Shown here piece after piece: positions 51,590 to 64,000 of a stretch of 64,000 nucleotides of DNA; the stretch's first letter is position 1; each line of letters begins with the position of its first letter. The DNA comes from Utricularia gibba. Taxonomy: Eukaryota; Plantae; Magnoliophyta. The notes beneath the pieces were generated by a model, which saw nothing but the letters and a program-made list of their open reading frames with translations, did not search any database and was not told where the DNA came from. Position numbers and translations under genes: made by a program. The stretch covers positions 4,030,001 to 4,094,000 of the forward strand of contig CM007989.1 of assembly GCA_002189035.1 (NCBI GenBank). The letters run 5' to 3'.

Positions 51590-54500
51590 AATAGTCTACC
51601 AAATCCCCGTGACTCTCGAGGATCAATCCAATGTATTTTTTATTTGTCCTTTTAAAACTTTTGTCTATCATAGTTTGTCATTTAGACTATGCAATGCAAT
51701 TGTCACTTTCCAAAGATGCACGATGAGCATCCTTTCAGTGTATGTAGAAAAGATTATTGAGGTTTTTATGTTTAATTTTACTGTGTATAGTGATAGTTTT
51801 GGATCTTTGATATTGAAAAAGATGTGTTGAGACTAACCTTGTGCTTAATTATGATAAGTGTCATTTTATGGTTAAGGAAGACATTATTTTAGGACGTATA
51901 GTTTCCAAGAGAGGAATTGAAGTGGACAAAGAAAATGTTGAGGTAATCCAAAAACTATCTTACCATACTTGTGTCCGAGACATTCGTTCCTTTCTTGGTC
52001 ATGTGGGGTTTTATAGAAGGTTCATCTAAGATTTTTTTTTTTTTTTGAAAATTGCATCTCCCTTACGTGCCTTGTTACACAAAGATGTTAACTTCACTTT
52101 TGATGAGAATCAATTAACTTTTGATACTTTGAAGGAAAGATTTGTTTCGGCCCCTATCATTCAGGCACCTAATTGGGATATTTCTTTTGAGTTAATGTGT
52201 GACGTTAGTGATGTATCATTAGGAGCGGTCCTCGAACAAAAGCTAGAGAAGGCATCACATGTGATCCACTACACCTAAAAGTGCATGGATGATGCATAGA
52301 GGAATTACATGACAACAGAGAAGGAGCTTTTGGCCATCATTTTTGCATTGAAAAAATGCAAACCCTACTTACTTGGAGCCAAGATCATTATATACTCCGA
52401 TCATGCAGCATTGAGTTATCTCCTGAACAAAAAGGTTTCGAAACCTTGTCTTATCAGATGGATCCTACTGCTCTAGGAGTTTGACATAGAAATCCAAGAT
52501 AAGAAGGGATGTGAAAATTTAATTGTATTTCACCTTAGCCACATCACTTCTGAAGATGCATCCAATCCCATTGACGGCAACTTCCCTGATGATTACTTAT
52601 TTATGATGGGAGTCCCTAGTATGCAAACATTGTGAATTTTCTTGTAACATGACATTTCCCAAAGGACTTCCACATCATCAAAAAAGGAAGTTGCAGAGTG
52701 ACAACATGCACTATATTTGGGATAACCCATACTTATGGAAGATTGCATCTGAACAAATCCTTTGTTGGTGCATTCCTCAAGATGAAGTGGATTCTATTCT
52801 TATTCATTGCCATGAATTATCTTATGGGGGTTATTTTGGTCCAAAGGTCACAACTAACAAAGTCTTAGAAGCTGGTTTCTATTGGCCCAAACTTTTTCGA
52901 GATGCATACCTTCATTGCAAGACATGCCCTAATTGCCAAATAGGTGGAGGCATAGGTTTCAAGGACCAATGCCACTTCAACCTATTGTGATGTACGAGAT
53001 TTTCGACGCTTGGGGTACTGACTTCATGAGACCTTTTCCTTCATCATAGGGAAAGATCTATATCCTTCTTGATATTGATTACGTTTCTAAGTGGGTCGAA
53101 GTTATGGCATGTAAGATAGATGATGCTAGGATTGTAAGTTATTTTCTAACTTCTCACATTTTTCTCAAGTTTGGTTATTCAAAGATTCTCATTTCTGATA
53201 GAGGCACCCACTTTGTGAACCATGTCATAAGGGCCATGCAAACAATATTTTGCTTGCTTTTTGTTTACATGCTCCTACATTAGCTCATTTGAATTTGACG
53301 CATGATATTAACCACATGTTTGATTTTTCATCTAAATGATGTCATTTTTCAGAAGTTGAACTTTCTATTTTTCCCAAATTTGTTTTTGAGTTTTATGCTA
53401 CTTTTTCTTTTGATGATATGGAAGGAAATCCCATTGCGAACCTCTCATTTCTTTTCAGTTAGGTGGGAAAGATTTTGAACTATCTGTGAATGATTTCAAT
53501 TTCGCTCTTGGTTTTGTGCTGACGATGAATTGACTTCTGCTTGTTATTTGCAATATGTTGTAATTATCCTCCATCTTTCGATGTTCATGCTACTTATGGT
53601 TCTAAAACTCAAGGCTCATCACTTGAAGGCCCTTGTGCTGCTAGTTTTGAACAACTACCTTGGAGGATGTTATTCCATCATCCGCTAGGGCACCAATGTG
53701 ATCTCCAAGATAGTATTATTCTTCCTCTAGGCCATAATAAAGAAGATCCCGATCAACTTTGGCTAGTGGATTGTCATGCACATGAATCGTGTGGCATCGC
53801 ATACCAAATGAGTGCTTCCATTCACCTCCCTCATCACTAAGTTCATGATGCACCTCAACATGGATCTCATTGCCAACACACCCAAGGTAGACACTCATTT
53901 TCAGTACCTTGATTTAGTTGATCTCTTTCAGTGCAGTTACCTTCAGGAAGCTGGAGGTCGTGCCATCTTTTTCCAAGTGAGAACGAAGAGTAAGACTACC
54001 ATGATGCTACAACCATTGTCGATCTATAAGGTGACTCCTCTGAGGTTCCTTATGTGATTGTTCTTGCATCTCCGACAAATGCACCCTCCTCTTGGCCCAT
54101 CAAGATCTGCAGCACTAGCTTGCCACACTATCATCCAAACTAAACAGCCTACTCACCTCCATGCCACACCATCACTAGGGTACCGTGCTACATGATGATG
54201 AGGACATCCTCAGCATTAAGTGTGGGGGAGTAGCTCTTCTCTATCAAACAATCTATCTATTCGTTGCAATATTTGGGCAATTTTTCGTATTTTTATTTTC
54301 TATTTTTGCATTTTTATCTTCTGAGTCTGTCTCTCATATCATGCTTCCTAAGTTAAATAGCATCCATGCTTAGGTATTCCTTATGAATGATTTATGATTA
54401 GGGTGCTTAGACTTATCTTGCTGCTAGGAAACCTTCTATATTTTTTCCTTACTCCAAATTTCTTGCTTTTATGACATGCATTAGGGATGAGACTTGTTTA

Positions 54501-57319
54501 GGATTACTCTCCATTTTTGTTGTATATTCACGGTTTAGTGAAACCTCATGAGTCAAAGAAAAAAAGAGAAGGATGCCAAATGTAAGAATTCTTTGGCAAA
54601 ACCATGGATACTACGAACTTTTCTTATGAACCACGAATAAGGTTTCGTAATCCAAATAATTCTTCCCCGAAGTAGGGGGTCCTTATGCAAAAAAAAAAAA
54701 AAAAGAAAAAGCGAGAGAGTAATAAGTCACTATGGCCCAAAACTTTTGAAAATCAAAGATTGATCCCGAACTATCTCTTCCCCAATTCTATTGTTTGACT
54801 AGTATGCTTTAAATTGATTTAAAGAGTTTGAAAGAAAATAGAAGGCAGTATATACAGTTAGAGAGAATATATTACCTTAGTTATGTATTATGTGATAGGT
54901 ACTACAAGAGCTATAGATTGTTTTTCTATTTTCATACTTGAGTACAAACATGATTTAAAGGCATGTTTGGTACCAAAGATTATATAATGAGGGTTTTGGA
55001 TTATTTGTGATTGATGTATATTAAATATAAGAGATTATACATTTTTATGTTTGGTATGTATGATTGAGTTTATTTGTGATTAGATAAATTATCTTATTTG
55101 GTTTGAAATTTTCTGGATGTAGATAAATGTAAAATATCAAAAACCCTTAGTATATAATTTTTTATTTATTTTCTCACGCGTTTTCACTTTATGCTTGTAA
55201 AAGATTGCATCATTGTTTGCCAACTTCTGGAGATCAAATGGCGAGAAAAAAGACTCCAAGTCCTAGGTTTGATATTCACGATGTTCTTTATTCTTTTTAT
55301 GTTTTTTTTCTGATTGTTTTTAAAATACTCAACGATGTATGCATTAGAGTAAGTTTTTTAAGTTAGGGTTCCATATTTGGGATTTTTTTATGCTAGGGTT
55401 AAGAAACCTATATTTGAATGTTTGTTTCACAGGGATTTTGATGATCCATTGATTCATAACTTTGTCATTTTTTCGTTGTTAGTAGCCTCGCAGAGGCTTT
55501 AGCTGATGAATCAAAATCAAAAAATCAGAAAAGACTTTTCTGGAAACGCGATGAAGAGATCGCACTTATTGATGTATTCAAGCGAATGGTCAAAGATAGA
55601 TGGAGGTTGGAAAATGGATGGAAAGCCAACTATGAAATGAAAGCTGAGGCTGAATTTCTCAAACTAAGGCCCGAGTCTGCAATCCGAGCTCATCCTCACA
55701 TTAAGTCGAAGCAAACCATATGGAAGAAGGATTATTACTGCTTGATATCTTTTTTAACACGTTCTGGAACAACATTCAACAACATTACTAATATGTTAGA
55801 TGCAAGCGGGTGATCTGAATTGCGAGAGGTATAAGAGGATTATCTTCGTCTCTTTTTTTATTTGATGAAGGGGGCGTTTTTGCTTGTGACACATCTACTG
55901 TTTTTTTTTCAGCAATGTCCTAAGTTGTATGATTTACAATACCAGTCTTGGCCATACTACTATGACTAGATTGAGATTTTTGAGAATGACAGAGCAAAAG
56001 GAAATGGATCTATGAATTATGAAGAAGCTTGTCCAACGAAAAGGAAGAGAGAATGGCCTGCTGTTGGATGCAGTCAAACTTCACTTGGAATTGATGAAGC
56101 CACCATGTTCCTTGAGCATACAGTCCAAAATGCATATAATGGTGTTACTCCATCTCAACCCTCCTTTGTAGATTCAGCGAATTCACTGGAATCTGATGGA
56201 TCAGATAGAATGGAACACACACCTGAAAGCAATAACAAAGAAACAGAATCTAAGAAGGTGCAAAATCAAAAAAGAAGAAGAAGCAAAAGATTGATAAACC
56301 TGTTGATTTTCTTTCAGAGATTAAGGCAATGCATGCAGAAAATATTGCTGAATTAAGGGACATTTCCTTAAAGATACTAGAGCCAACTGATGTAGAGCGA
56401 GCAAAGATTGAGAAGCATAAATCAGCGAGGGATATCATTAGAGACATGCCTCTTAAACTCTCTCTGATGCAAAGGTTTGAGGTTGCTGAATTAATTGCAA
56501 GTAATCCTATGAAATTAGATTACTTTCTTGATTCCTTTGCTCTTGAACGAGAGTTGCTTGTGAGGCAGATTGTTGAAGGTGTTTAGAATTGTGTGCTCTG
56601 TTTCAAACTTTTGTTTATGTGTTGCAACTAGGTCATGATGAGTGAACCTCTGTCTTTTGTTCGTCAATGAGCTGAAGCTTAAGACTCCATTTCATGTTTA
56701 TAATTCAAACTCCTCAACTCAAAAGTTTTTTAAGCAAAGTCCATCCATGAGCTGGAGCTTTGAGCCTCCAGGTAGAGTGGATCTGTAGTGGGGTGAGCAG
56801 TTCAATAGAAATCCATTCATTAGCAAGAGGGAAAGAAAACCTAAACAGGAAAACATTAGTTTAGAAAGACCCTCAGATGGAAACAATGCAAAAAGGAAAA
56901 ATTCTAGAAAAGTACGACAGTGGTTCAGGTGACGATTGGATTAAAAAGCAAAAAAGTGAAATGTGAAATGGGGATACCACCATCATCACCTCCGTCTCCC
57001 ATACCACTAGTGCAATTGATGGAAAAGTGAATCATGTAATAAACATATTAATATTATACTTTTTTAATTAAAATGAATCATGTAAAATTCAAAAAAAAAA
57101 TAATGCATTACTTTAAATAAGTTTAACATATATCTTTATATTTTTGTACTATATAAATAATACATATTCATATTTTCGAAAAATTGATCATTTTCAAACA
57201 TATGTTAAAACATAAAAATTTATGTTACTTTAATTCTAGTAGTAACAAATATAATTTATATACAATTGCTTTCATATATGCTAATTCATATTTATTTAAG
57301 TTTACAATAACATATCATA

Positions 57320-57351
<32 letters not shown>

Positions 57352-60300
57352 TTGTATAGATATTTTAAAAATAGATATTTTAAAAACAATTCATAATAAC
57401 GATAAAATTAGAATCTCAAATGTCAGTAACATTTAATATAACAAGGTGCAAATCAGAACTTCAAATGATAGCAACCATCACCCTCACAAATTTCGTCCTC
57501 TCCTCATGACGGGCAACGATTGTACATCTCCTCAGCAAATTCATCACGCCATGCATTCCATGTTGAAGAGCTTTGTGCTCTTGAGATTTCTTCATCAATC
57601 ACACTAGTGTCAGTATCAACATTTTGATATCCGTCTTCAACTTCATCTTCAAGTGGATCTCTAGTCATCTCCCAACAAATGAAATTATGTAACAAGGCAC
57701 ACTCCAAAATCATATGATTATGAGTTTTCACTATGTAAGAAGGATGGCTCTTCAAAATAACCCATCTCTGTTTCATTAGCCCCCAGACTCGTTCGATCAC
57801 ATTTCTTGCGGAAGTATGATGCATGTTAAATACTACTTGGCATTTTGAGGTGCACAAGTTCCTGTGCTCCATTCCTTCGAGTGATAATGAACACTCTTAT
57901 ATGGTGCCAAAAAGCTCTCACAATTTACATATCCATTATCACACAAATAATGGTGTCCTGCAAACATAAGATAAATAATGAAAAATCATGTTTATATTTG
58001 TAACAATGACAACATAAACAAATAGAAGATGAATAATGGAAAATTATAATTATATTTCAAACACAATAAAAACAGTATATGATAAATGAATAACAACACA
58101 AGCCCAAATAATCAATCATATTCACAAATAAATAATACCTCTAGGCACACGAAAACCATTTGATCATGCCATAGCACTCTCTAGCACTCTGCTATCTGCT
58201 TCTGAACCCTCCCAACCGGTCAATATATGAATGAATTTCATGTCTGGATCCTAGACTCCCAACACATTAGTAACCAAATTACCTTTTCGAGTTCTATAAC
58301 GTGCTTGGTCTTCTGCCTTCACATGTACATTAATATATGTACCATCTAAGGCTCCAAGACAATTTGGATAAAAGCGGAATGTTGAAGATGCATCCTCAAT
58401 ATTCGCAAGCTCAGGTTTAGCTAAAAGTAATTCATGAAGAACAAGAACTGCTTGCAAAACTTTTTTAAAGTGTCGATGCACAGTCTTAGTCAACCTTTGA
58501 AAGGAGTATTTCGGAATTCGAATCTTGTGATGATGCTCTAAAATTCCCTAAAAAATTGCAACCATCTCTTCCACTCCAACATATTTTGTAGGTCTTAACC
58601 CCGAATACATGAACAAAAGTTTGCAAAGCTTACCAAAAACATCTCGATTTAGTCTCAATTTTTCAAGTGCAGTATTATTAACATCAGTCACTAGTCTTGA
58701 AAGCTCCTCTGTTTGCATTGGGATCCTTTCTTTCATAGAATACTTCAATCTATTGTTATTAGACCGCAATGTACGCACCCAAAAGAAATATAGCACAAGG
58801 TTTAACCAAAACAAATGTTCGGACATAAGAAATTGCAATTAAAGCAATTCTTCTTGAATCCATCCAATTTTTCTGCAGAATAACAATGCTTTTATTTTTT
58901 TTATCCATAGCTAGATATTAATCATGGTCCAATAATTAATCAAATAAAATGCTCATTATAATCCGTTCTTTCATCAAACCAATCCAGATTTGGTTCCTTA
59001 TCTAATTCCTACTCACAAATCTATAAAAACCAATTTAACAAATCAATAACCCATTCAATATATCAGAAATCAGAAGCACATTCACTAAGCATAAACCCAA
59101 AAACAATGGAAAAAAATAAATCAAGAAAAACGAGAACTAAGAAACAATTCATCAATGAGAGACTGAAATAAAACAAAGAAAAAACATTGAAAAAAAGCAA
59201 TCAATTACCAATGAGCACAACGAACACCAGCAGATGAGAAATAGTCAATGGAAAAATCGGATGGGGTTTCAAAAAGAGAGGAATGATGAGGGTAAATAGG
59301 GAACATGGAAATATGTTTTAACAATCTGACCCCCCCCCCCCCCCCCCCCCATATTTCATTACTACTATGTATGTAAGATTATCGTGAGTTTGTTGAATCA
59401 TTAGTGATTGTTCAATCATCCATACCAAATACACCAAAAATAGAATCATAAATAAAAATATCACTTATCTCGCGTATCAAACATGCCCTAAGTGTAAGAG
59501 AATATGTTAAGCGTCATTTTGTCACTATCTTTTAGGTTGTTTTAATGTCTAAATGTGATTAAAATTTTTAATTAAAATTTCATAACAAAAGATTTAGGTT
59601 TTATCTAGATTAAAGTAATTATTCTAAATCTTGTATTTTATATAATATTTTTGCTAGTTTTATGTAAGTTTTACTAGGAACGAACATGTAGCAAGAAGTG
59701 TAAGAAAGGAAGCAGCATATTGCAACAAATCATATCTTCCCAAACTAACATTTCCTTTATTTGCGGAAGACTACAAATGCTTAATGATGAACTTTGACGT
59801 GCAATACATGAGAATTTATGATAGATAAAATCATTAGCATACCAATTTCAGAGTAGGAACTTTCTTGCAAGTCACTCAAGTCCAACAGACTAGAGGAACA
59901 AGAAAACTCAGACAAAGTAGTACAATTCAATTCAGTTCGAATAATTCATCTTATATTCAAAAATTCAGTTTTAACTTGAGACTTTTGTTTATCTTTCTAC
60001 AGGATTTTTCTTTTAGTTTCTCTCTAAAACTCTATTTTTGTTTCCTTGAGTTTGTATGACCATTCATGGCTAGAAAACTTTATTTCTGAATTGGGAGACT
60101 CCCAGATCTATCTTTCGTTAGTTAATCCTCATTTCTTCTTTGAATCTGATCGGGTTACGTATGTCTTCGCATGACTATGGTTCAATCTTTATGAGTCCCC
60201 TTATTCAAAATTCATGATTAGTTGATCACTACATACGAGTTTTGAAGAGAAGCAAGGTGGAAAATACCAACTCATGCCCCATTGGCGAGAGGGAGATAAT

Positions 60301-60854
60301 GTTTTGTCTGTGATTGTACTTTAAGATCAAGTGATAGATAGTGACCTCGTATCTAGACTCGTTAGGTCATTGGCAATACTCAGACACATGCATGGAATTT
60401 GACTGCGAGAGAACAACAGTAGGACCTCTTATCTCCGTGTTCATCCAAGGATGAGTAATATTGGGCTATTCCTATGCCTTATTGCAAGAGAGTGTAAGGG
60501 AAGGTAGATAATTTCTTACTTTTATAATTGAGTATTCGAGAAAATTAGAGAAGAGTGGAAACATGACGAACGTAACTGGGCAGAATTCCAATCCCAAAAA
60601 CATTCTCTTTATTTAAGGTTTATCACTTAAGTTTATTTCGTTGTTTATTTACAATCTCCTTACTCAAGCTTCATAATTTACGTTTTTCGCACCTTTTACT
60701 TTACAAAACCATTTACAAATCATGATAGTTGTATTCGATGTAACTCCAACTTTTATTAAAAACTAACTCCATGTGTTCAATACACGTACTACCCATTTTA
60801 AGTTTTATGAGTTTTAAAAATATTTAAAATTTGTTATGAAAACAACACGTATCA
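51590..60854 (+). mobile_element. 5'-truncated Athila-type Gypsy element (RT, RH, IN, ORF2-like, 3' LTR 59505-60854)
   Basis: RT remnants (LCNAIVTFQRC, LNYDKCHFMV, FLGHVGFYRRFI), RH (ELMCDVSD) and IN (KVLEAGFYWPKLFRDAY). ORF2-like LPFTSLITK; LTR has TG...CA ends. Confidence 0.85.
54959..59488. mobile_element. Full-length but pseudogenised PIF/Harbinger element 3 (Myb/SANT ORF on + 55238-56586; nuclease on - 57504-58862, convergent)
   Basis: TIRs AGGCATGTTTGGTAC / GTATCAAACATGCCC with TAA TSD on both sides. Nuclease motifs GALDGTYI, TNVLGV and IERVWGLMKQRW. Stops and frameshifts occur in both ORFs (e.g. TGA 55811, TAG 55967). Confidence 0.92.
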
Positions 60855-60862
60855 AGGGTTAT

Positions 60863-61042
60863 AATAAGGTGGATCATTGATTCAAAACCAATTTTTTATA
60901 TTTTTTTATAACAAATATTTTGTTTTACTTTTGATCATTTTTTAGTCATTGTTTTTTTGAAAAATTTCAATAACAATTTATTTTGAAAACAATCTTAAAT
61001 TATTACTTTGATAGTTTCTGTGTATATATAGAATCACCAACA
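60863..61042 (+). mobile_element. 3' end fragment of a family 1 LTR
   Basis: Matches the last roughly 180 bp of the family 1 LTRs, ending GAATCACCAACA. Confidence 0.6.
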
Positions 61043-62137
61043 ATGAATTTGATGCCGAGGAAAAATATGAGTGCTAACTAATCCTAATGTAATATAATTC
61101 AAGACTAAAGGTACAAAGGTTGATTTATTTACCAATCTTGTGATATGATATGGTCATGTGTTGATTTTTATTGTACTTTTTGGAGGAACCTTGCAGTTTA
61201 ATTTGACATACAAATGTAAGCTATTTGTTATGTGGTGTTGAAACCCCTAAACTTAGGAGTTGTCTTAGCTGAACAAATGAATTACAACTATAAGAGAATT
61301 ACCATCAATAATCTAGGATTCTACAATGTGGAGACATTTTTGGCTGAAATACTATGTGCTGATCAGTTGTCTAAGTTAGACTTTTCCAGGTAAAAACGAA
61401 AGCTACACCCATAAATGCATATTTCAGACTAGAGGTAATGTATTTGTTTTTAAATCTCTTACAGGAATTTACAACAATGCCCCATCAAAAAAGAAGGATA
61501 TGAACTCTTGGTGAAACAAAGTGTTGCTTTAAAAAGGGATTCAAAAGGTATATGATAGACTTGGTGATTTAATCCAATAGGTGAAGAAATTGAAATAGGA
61601 GGTGAAAGATTCCTCCATGATAACTTCTTGCCTCTTTTATTTTTAATTTATGATTATTTACGTTATTTAATTCGAATCTTGGAAATTCAGGATCGTTAGT
61701 TGAAGTTCAAAGTAGTTTGGGTATTTGATGTTATATCACCATATTAGAAACGCAAACCTATTTTTTTTGTTATTCCAGCACCACTACAATTTTTCTCGGC
61801 GCAAGATGTTAGCATCTCAGAGAGCAATTCTATCAATTTTCTTGTTGGGGTCCTTTTAGACTCTGCAAAAATTTGACTCTTCACATGAGGAGTGGCAGTC
61901 GCATGTGAATCTTTTGATACAAAGCAAATTAGCAATGTTAGGTTTCAAGTGAAGTAAATGCAAGGCTGAGAAAATAAAAGAATTTAAAATTACAAAGGTA
62001 AGAGATGATGAAGAATTATTGCATGGGTCTACTTTTGCATCGGTTGATGGTAAATGTAATGAGACTTGGCCCACAACACAATTCGAATTATTGAAGGAAC
62101 CCCCACCATTTCAATCGGCTCTGCATGGACTTGTGGA

Positions 62138-62262
62138 CAGGGGCGGACCCAAGTGGGGGGGGGGAGGGGGGGCGGCATCGCCCCCTCAGAAAAAAAAATT
62201 TTTAGATTAATGTTTTAAAAATTTTGGAAATTTTAACTATTTTGACTGAGTTACCGCCACTG
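62138..62262. mobile_element. 125-bp hAT-type MITE
   Basis: TIRs CAGGGGCGG / CCGCCACTG and a perfect 8-bp TSD CTTGTGGA (62130-62137 and 62263-62270). Confidence 0.9.
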
Positions 62263-62669
62263 CTTGTGGATCTGCCGTGCTCTACGTAATGGACCCAACC
62301 GCCAGAGCACCACCACCGTAAGTCATCCATCAAAGGCAGTGAAGCCTGACTCGGGGTGGGGACCGACAACAGCAGCGGCAGAGTCATGTGAGGTCATGGG
62401 CCAGCAGTCCGGAGGTGTGCCTCCTTAGGAGTTGGAGCCCTTGACGGCGGCGTTAGAGCATCGGACCTTGCCGCGATGAGTGACACCGTCGGAGGGACCG
62501 CCGGATTCGTGAGGCGCTCGTCGGTGGCAGCTACATATTCGCAGATAGTTTATTATCAAAAAGGGGTAGAAGATGTAGTGGAAAATGAATTTTATGTGTG
62601 TTATTAAATATGAATTTGGAAAGATAGTTATATTTAGAAAAGCTTCATAAACGCCGGGGAACTACATGG

Positions 62670-63209
62670 TCATGGGGACAAGCCGACGGCGGTTTCAATC
62701 CTGGGGGCTACATGGCACAGCAAATCCTTCGCCCTGGGCGCCGACAATCCCGGCCGCTCTGCCATGTCGATGGCCGCAACGCCGTCGGGCAACCTCCAGT
62801 TGAAGCACTGGATCATGGCGCCGATTATGCTCACCAATTCATTAATTGCTAGAATCATCCCGGACAGCCACGCCGCCCTGTCCCAAAGGGCAATAGCTCG
62901 TAGTGTTGACCTCGTATGTCAAGATGCTCCTTGTCTTTCTCCAGAAACCTTTCCGGCCCATGGACCACACATTGACAAATAGAAGTGTCTGGGAGGGGAT
63001 ATGGTAGCCGTCGACGACGCAATCAGTGCTGGATTTCCGAGAGATCATCGGGATCGGAGGGTGGAGACGGAAGGTTTCCTTGATTATCGCCTGAAGGTAG
63101 GGCAGAGCTGGGCCGTCTGTTTCTTGCACCAATCGGTCGGATCCGATGATTCGATCTATTTCTTCTTGAGCTTTTGAAAGCACATTTGGATTGCTCATGA
63201 GCTCCGCCA
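62670..63209 (-). pseudogene. CYP93B: CYP93B (flavone synthase II-like) cytochrome P450 pseudogene, C-terminal part
   Basis: [36 protein letters not shown] and DMAERPGLSAPRAKDLLC. A frameshifting deletion removes the sequence before PERF, and a 1-nt deletion follows the heme Cys. Cut upstream by an LTR-like sequence. Confidence 0.85.
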
Positions 63210-64000
63210 TGTCAAGACTGAGTGTTCGACCAGTCAAAGCTGACCGAGTTGGGGTGTTTGATACACGTTTCAAGACTATCCACTACACGTGTTAATCACG
63301 CATTTCATGTGTTGAACGAGCTTCTGCTAAGCTAGAAGATAATCTTGGAATATTGAAATAATACTGAGTAATAAAGACTACACACCCGTTGGAAGTGGGC
63401 AAGTCAGTCAGCCCTGGTTTCGCGGGTTTGTTAGGTCGTTGAGATCTGAAACTTGGTCTCATTATATGGTCTCATTAGATCCTGTTTTTATGTGAAGTTT
63501 GTTAATTTTGAGTCTATAAAAGCTAATGTTCACAGCTTGTATTTGTATCTACTTCATTGCAATAGACATTGTTCTTCACAATGGTGATGTCATCTCCACA
63601 ACACCGGCAACCAAAGGTACTTATTTCTTACCTTGGACCTTAGTTCCACAAGAATCTGCTAAACCTGCTAGGCTGAACGAACATGAGAGATGGCATAAAG
63701 CACTTGGATATGCCAGCTTCCAAGTCCTTCAATCCATGAGTAAAGGCGGAGTCTGTAGAGAATTCCCAACACTAAGGTACCCTGATGAAATGAAGTGTTC
63801 AATATGTCTTCAAGGAAAAATGAAACAACTACCATTCCCTCAACAAGCATGCTTCCGAGCGGAGAGACTAATGGAGTTGGTGCATTCTGATGTTTGTGGT
63901 CCAATAAGTGTTGAATCACTTGGAGGGAGTAGGTACTTCATTAGCTTCATTGATGATAAGTCACGTTATTGCTGGATGTTCTTTATGAAATGCAAGTCAC
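63210..64000 (+). mobile_element. Ty1/Copia fragment: LTR-like 63210-~63568, then open GAG-pre-integrase/integrase frame running off the window end
   Basis: TGTC...GACA ends. Frame ...ERWHKALGYASF...CSICLQGK...ELVHSDVCGP...YFISFIDDKSRY is open from 63526 to 64000. Confidence 0.85.

Noticed and set aside
55238-58862. Domesticated Harbinger (HARBI1/ALP1-like) gene pair
   Set aside because: TIRs and TSD are intact and both ORFs carry stops or frameshifts, so it is a dead transposon.
50200-60854. Single full-length LTR retrotransposon bounded by 50200 and 60854
   Set aside because: The left LTR has its own TSD and is too diverged from the right LTR.

Overview
This is AT-rich eudicot plant nuclear DNA, probably an asterid judging by the CYP93B-like fragment. 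I see no prokaryotic systems or CRISPR arrays. The first 10 kb is gene-rich: a candidate H/ACA snoRNA with a clear 18S rRNA guide pocket, a Dof transcription factor, a NEDD8-specific protease (SENP8/DEN1) and an intact 6-exon MPK3-type MAP kinase. The rest is a transposon-dense graveyard: three PIF/Harbinger elements, a Mutator element plus MITEs, two Copia remnants, Athila-type Gypsy elements and several solo LTRs. Many of these have readable TSDs and are nested. Embedded in it are an unprocessed NOT4 (CCR4-NOT E3 ligase) pseudogene and a CYP93B (flavone synthase II-like) pseudogene fragment. There is also a hidden, repeatedly duplicated two-part module. It pairs a small 'RRGxVKAQI'-motif protein gene (two intact copies 20,360 bp apart, one pseudogene) that has paired CGCGTT (CAMTA/RSRE) boxes with a decayed partner sequence showing a codon-like substitution pattern. 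All calls come from manual reading; no searches or folding were run.
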